DNA from: Pyrodictium abyssi
GTDB taxonomy: Archaea; Thermoproteota; Thermoprotei_A; Sulfolobales; Pyrodictiaceae
NCBI RefSeq assembly: GCF_036323395.1
Contig: NZ_AP028907.1
Location: 930,001-962,000, forward strand
DNA length: 32,000 bases
Direction: 5' to 3'
Below are positions 28,346 to 32,000 of this stretch, one piece after another. The notes below the pieces were generated by a model. That model was not told the DNA's origin and searched no databases. It saw nothing but the letters and a program-made list of their open reading frames with translations. Positions within the stretch are counted from its first letter, which is position 1; each line of letters begins with the position of its first letter. A program made the position numbers and the translations under genes.

Positions 28346-28677
28346 ACTCCCACCGCTCCACGTACAAGTATCTATGGAGCCAGGAGTTAAAAATTACCCT
28401 CTTCAACCCAGTATGCTTCTAATCCATGGCTAGTATGTTTAACATAGAATAGGCGCATATTAGCTCCAGTATTACGCCCCGCCACGTAAACCACAGTTAT
28501 CTCATACAATAACTAGTTCAACGTATAAAGATCATGCGTGGATGTGTAGTTATGGACGGTGCAGCTATGGATGGGCAATGTCTCGTTTCTAGTCGCGGCC
28601 CCGCGCTGTACAGCATTAAGGGACACAACAGCCGGTAGACAATGTCCCGGCAGAGCCCGGGAATCCGGGAGCGATCG

Positions 28678-29568
28678 CTACTCGTAGAGAACTTCGGCAT
28701 TTACTCTAACACGGAAGACACTAGAGAGAGCTGTACGGACGGCATCCATGAACGAGTCACAGAAGTCCACATAGCTAGTACACACTAGATAAACCCTATA
28801 ATCGTTCTCAACACGCTCAATCTCTATCTCGGCAAATCCGCGGGAAAAGTCAAGCACAGCGAGCAAAGGCTCGGTAATCTTGCTTACCGGGTCCTGGCCC
28901 GCCGTGCCGCCCCTAGCAGCTTCTACCGCGTATCTCACCATACTGTGGGCCAGCCACATAGAGCCTAGCCCGACGCTCTTGAGGGCCTCTGACAGCTGGC
29001 CAACGAGTCTCAGAGCCTCACCAGTCCTCTCATCTCCATAGTACTCCTCGAGGACGGTGTCTCCGAGCGTTAGAGCGGCCTCAAAGCCCCTTAACGCGCC
29101 CCTCTGCCACGCAGACTCCACGGCCCCTGGCCGTACACTCCGTACGACCTCTATAGCTCGGCGCGCAGACATGCCATACCGGTACACTAGGTAGCCAGCT
29201 ACCAGTGTAGCGCTACGGCCTCTGCCTGCTAGACAGTGCACCAGCACCTTCTGGCCGGAACTAGCGGCTCTGGCGATTTCTCTCACACCGCGGTAAAGCT
29301 GCCATAGGTCCGGCCCAGCGTAATCGGGCACAGGAATATGAATAAACTTGACTAGTCGGCTAAGCCTAGCAGGATCATAGGCTAATTCGTGGAGCTCAAC
29401 AGCTGCTACTACTACGTTAAACTCCTTCGCTATGTATGGCAGCGAGGAGTCATCCGGCATAGGTGAGAAGGCCACATTTTCATCAACACTAAACACTTCA
29501 TGGAAGAGCATGTTGTAGCCCTCGTAGCTGTGCAGTGTCGGGGCTACTATTCCCCAGAAAGAAGGCAT
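28678..29568 (-). CDS. Dual-specificity/tyrosine protein phosphatase domain protein
   Basis: HCx5R signature 'VLVHCLAGRGRSATLVAGYLVYRYG', upstream 'FIHIPVPDYAGPDL'. Confidence 0.85.
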   Translation of the reverse strand: MPSFWGIVAPTLHSYEGYNMLFHEVFSVDENVAFSPMPDDSSLPYIAKEFNVVVAAVELHELAYDPARLSRLVKFIHIPVPDYAGPDLWQLYRGVREIARAASSGQKVLVHCLAGRGRSATLVAGYLVYRYGMSARRAIEVVRSVRPGAVESAWQRGALRGFEAALTLGDTVLEEYYGDERTGEALRLVGQLSEALKSVGLGSMWLAHSMVRYAVEAARGGTAGQDPVSKITEPLLAVLDFSRGFAEIEIERVENDYRVYLVCTSYVDFCDSFMDAVRTALSSVFRVRVNAEVLYE

Positions 29569-29598
29569 TATTATAGGTTTTTAGGGCGTACACGGCAG

Positions 29599-30858
29599 CT
29601 AGTTGTTTGTAACCATGACTGTCCGGGTGTAGTGCCTTTTGAGCCACAAAGCTATCCTAGACAGTGGTATCCTCATGGGACATACTGTGTCGCAGCGCTG
29701 GCACTGTAGGCACAGCATCGCAGCTCCCGCGGCGAGCGAGAGGTTCTCCGTTATTGCTGTCCAGCCTAGCCCCATAGGGCCTCCATAGACCCGTCCTCCC
29801 CAGTGGTTAGCGGTATGCTGCCATACAGGGCACTCTAGCTGGCAACGTCCACAACGCACACAGCGTAGTTGCTCGGATAGTAAGGGGTGTCTAGCAGCCT
29901 TTCTACGGCCGTTATCAACGAGGACTACATGTACCTCATGGGGTCCATGTACACCGTAAACACGTTGGAGTTCTATATCGGCTGTACTGCTAGGCCCGGC
30001 GGTAATGTTCACGTATGTCGGCGGGTAGAGGCCGGCATAAGCGGCCTGCACTATTACGGCCTTAAAAGCGTCTACAAGGGACGGAAGTATCTTGTCGACG
30101 CCTGCAACCACTATGTGCTTCCTAGGTATGCCGGCCACGAGTCTTATATTGCCCTCGTTCTCCACAAGAAGGACAGCACCAGTGTCTGCGGCTATAGCAT
30201 TAGCGCCGGTAATCCCAACGTCGGCCGTAGTGAGTTTTGCTCTTAGGAATTCGCGTATGGATGCTACCAGCTCTTCTGGGCTAGAAGATGAGATGTCCAC
30301 CCCTAGCTTCTCGGACAGTAGCCTGGCAACAGCATTTCTACTCATATGGATTGCCGGTGCGATGGTATGCATGGGTTTGCCGCCTTCTAGCTGAACCAGG
30401 AGTTGGCCTAAGTCCGTCTCCCAGACCTCGTTGCCATCCATCTCTAGGCGCTCGCGTAGACCTATCTCTTCAGCAACCATACTCTTGGACATGACTACCA
30501 GCTTACCGCGGCCCACAATACGGGCCACAAGCTCTCTGGCCTCCTCCGCGCTCTCCGCAAGATACGGGTTTGCCCGGACTCTCCTAAGACTCTCCATAGC
30601 AGCCTCTATGTACTCATCGAGTCTGCTTATAATTATCCTCTTGGCCTCCTCGACCTCCCTCGCAAGCCTCACTAGCTCTGGATAGCGCTCCAGCACGCTA
30701 GCTACTTTCCTCTCGTTGCTCGCAGCTACTCGTGCAAGGCTCTCCTGGAGAGCCGGGTCTCCTAGCGCTCTGTATATATTCCGGAGGGTATCAGCTAGCA
30801 AAAACTCACACCTCTTTGCCGCGGAGAAGCGTTTTCGAGAGAACAAGAGATATGTCAA
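29599..30858 (-). CDS. LUD-domain plus 4Fe-4S protein, LutB/LldF-like
   Basis: 'VGITGANAIAADTGAVLLVENEGNIRLVAGIPRKHIVVAGVDKI', 'CVRCGRCQLECPVW', 'CLQCQRCDTVCP'. A TTG at 30801 just after the upstream gene's stop is a plausible true start. Confidence 0.88.
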   Translation of the reverse strand: MTYLLFSRKRFSAAKRCEFLLADTLRNIYRALGDPALQESLARVAASNERKVASVLERYPELVRLAREVEEAKRIIISRLDEYIEAAMESLRRVRANPYLAESAEEARELVARIVGRGKLVVMSKSMVAEEIGLRERLEMDGNEVWETDLGQLLVQLEGGKPMHTIAPAIHMSRNAVARLLSEKLGVDISSSSPEELVASIREFLRAKLTTADVGITGANAIAADTGAVLLVENEGNIRLVAGIPRKHIVVAGVDKILPSLVDAFKAVIVQAAYAGLYPPTYVNITAGPSSTADIELQRVYGVHGPHEVHVVLVDNGRRKAARHPLLSEQLRCVRCGRCQLECPVWQHTANHWGGRVYGGPMGLGWTAITENLSLAAGAAMLCLQCQRCDTVCPMRIPLSRIALWLKRHYTRTVMVTNN

Positions 30859-31786
30859 CTATAGTCTCGCCACTGGCTACCCTCGAAAGGCTAACATAGC
30901 ATATAGGGCACATAGTCACAATAGTGGACGCCTTTTCTCGGAGCTCATTCAGCCTCGTGGATGCTATCCTTGCAGCCAGCCTAGGTGAGAGAGCTTCAAC
31001 AGGACCACCACAGCAGTAAGTCATCTTGCCGCTACGCCGCGGCTCCAGCACAGTAACACCAGCAGCCTCTAAGAGACGTCGCGGCTGCTCCACAACACCC
31101 AGGGCCCTGGCGTAGAGACATGGATCATGCACGACTACAGTGTCTCTCTGCTTCCCTGGCGCCAGCAACGCTTTACCTGCAAGAGCCTCATCGAGAACCT
31201 CTAGGTAGTTCACAACCTCCACGTCGAAGCCGTCGATGTACTCCGGGTAGACGTGACGCAGCATATAGGTAGTATGGGGATCCACCGTTATCAGCTTCTC
31301 TACACCGCGTCTCTGTAGCCTGTCGTGCACCTTCGCTGCGTGCTTCTGAAAGGCGTCCTCTAGCCCCATATCGTACAGTATAACACCAGTATACATGTCG
31401 TCCTCATAGAGGTACGCGTAGTCTACCCCAGCTCTAGCCAGCAGCCTAGCTATCGACGCGAGAATGTTCTCTGCGAGCTCCACCTCCCTCCTATCCGGCC
31501 GGATGACTGCTCCAGCAAGTCCAGTCAGCCTCGAAGACGCTGCCAGCCTGAGAACCCTGGCCAGCCTACTGTCCTCCAGCTGCTCTAGAACAGCCACAAG
31601 GCTCTTTATATACGGCATAAGCTGGTACATGACACCAGTGTAGAGGAATACACGGCCACTACGAGGCAGATCCAGCGGCTTAGCCCAGCGATAAGCTATA
31701 TCGCGCGGCGCTGGTACAGGGAGCCCGGTGCGTAGAGTATTCTCAGCCATAATCGATAGAATAGAGTCCACGTCCACGGCTCTCAC
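30806..31786 (-). CDS. CCG-domain (heterodisulfide reductase subunit D/LutA-like) oxidoreductase subunit
   Basis: 'DTVVVHDPCLYARALGVVEQPRRLLEAAGVTVLE...KMTYCCGGPVEALSP', 'STIVTMCPICYVSLSRV'. Confidence 0.83.
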   Translation of the reverse strand: MRAVDVDSILSIMAENTLRTGLPVPAPRDIAYRWAKPLDLPRSGRVFLYTGVMYQLMPYIKSLVAVLEQLEDSRLARVLRLAASSRLTGLAGAVIRPDRREVELAENILASIARLLARAGVDYAYLYEDDMYTGVILYDMGLEDAFQKHAAKVHDRLQRRGVEKLITVDPHTTYMLRHVYPEYIDGFDVEVVNYLEVLDEALAGKALLAPGKQRDTVVVHDPCLYARALGVVEQPRRLLEAAGVTVLEPRRSGKMTYCCGGPVEALSPRLAARIASTRLNELREKASTIVTMCPICYVSLSRVASGETIVDISLVLSKTLLRGKEV

Positions 31787-32000
31787 CCCCGAATGGCCAC
31801 CTCTATGGGGGACCCAGGTAGCAGCTCACCGCGATTGCGGAGAACGCGGACAACTCTCACAATACCGGCAACGTCCACGGAAATAGGGCACTTAGTCGTA
31901 CACGCTCTACACATGAGGCATGAAAAGATGGATGCAAGAGCCTCGCCGGAGACCGGGGCCTCGCTGGCGAGCAGCTGGAGCGCTATAGCAACACGGCCTC
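31782..32000 (-). CDS. 4Fe-4S dicluster-type redox protein, C-terminal part (truncated at window edge)
   Basis: Hand translation: ...AIALQLLASEAPVSGEALASIFSCLMCRACTTKCPISVDVAGIVRVVRVLRNRGELLPGSPIEVAIRG*; CxxCxxCxxxCP motif; the stop overlaps the GTG start of the next gene. Confidence 0.75.

Noticed and set aside
28518-28700. 60-aa minus-strand ORF
   Set aside because: Short, overlaps the phosphatase 3' end, no supporting signal.
1-32000. CRISPR array, toxin-antitoxin, defence island or complete transposon
   Set aside because: No regularly spaced direct repeats, transposase, integrase, nuclease-helicase or other defence-type genes found; gene content is mainly housekeeping.

Overview
This 32 kb window looks like a chromosomal segment of a hyperthermophilic crenarchaeon. 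Evidence: archaeal PriL, NucS, S25e and TYW1/Taw1, a BHB-intron tRNA, encoded CCA ends, and frequent GTG/TTG starts. A Desulfurococcales/Pyrodictiaceae-like source is inference. Most of it is ordinary housekeeping sequence: a glycosyltransferase and flippase, NucS, DNA primase large subunit, S25e, NFACT/RqcH, an SFM1-like SPOUT methyltransferase, MBL-fold proteins, MetRS, a PfkB kinase, split glycine dehydrogenase GcvPA/GcvPB, an EMC3-like protein, Taw1, MGMT, nicotinate phosphoribosyltransferase, YjbQ, thioredoxin, BtpA, MTHFR-like, GatC, a dual-specificity phosphatase and a LutB/CCG/4Fe-4S redox cluster. I found two tRNAs: intron-containing Thr(CGT) and initiator Met. I saw no CRISPR array, complete mobile element or recognisable defence system. 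The most interesting signals are in the gaps. (1) Two well-formed archaeal C/D box sRNA candidates (C-N12-D'-N6-C'-N12-D just upstream of btpA, and C-N11-D'-N6-C'-N11-D at 16.2 kb). (2) An odd pair of divergent C/D-like motif sets with hairpin-containing D'-C' spacers at 18.5-18.64 kb. (3) A palindrome-rich, apparently non-coding 300 bp stretch at 15.48-15.76 kb. (4) An AT-rich 725-aa orphan protein beside the initiator tRNA. (5) A small EMC6-like membrane protein in the same window as an EMC3-like protein.
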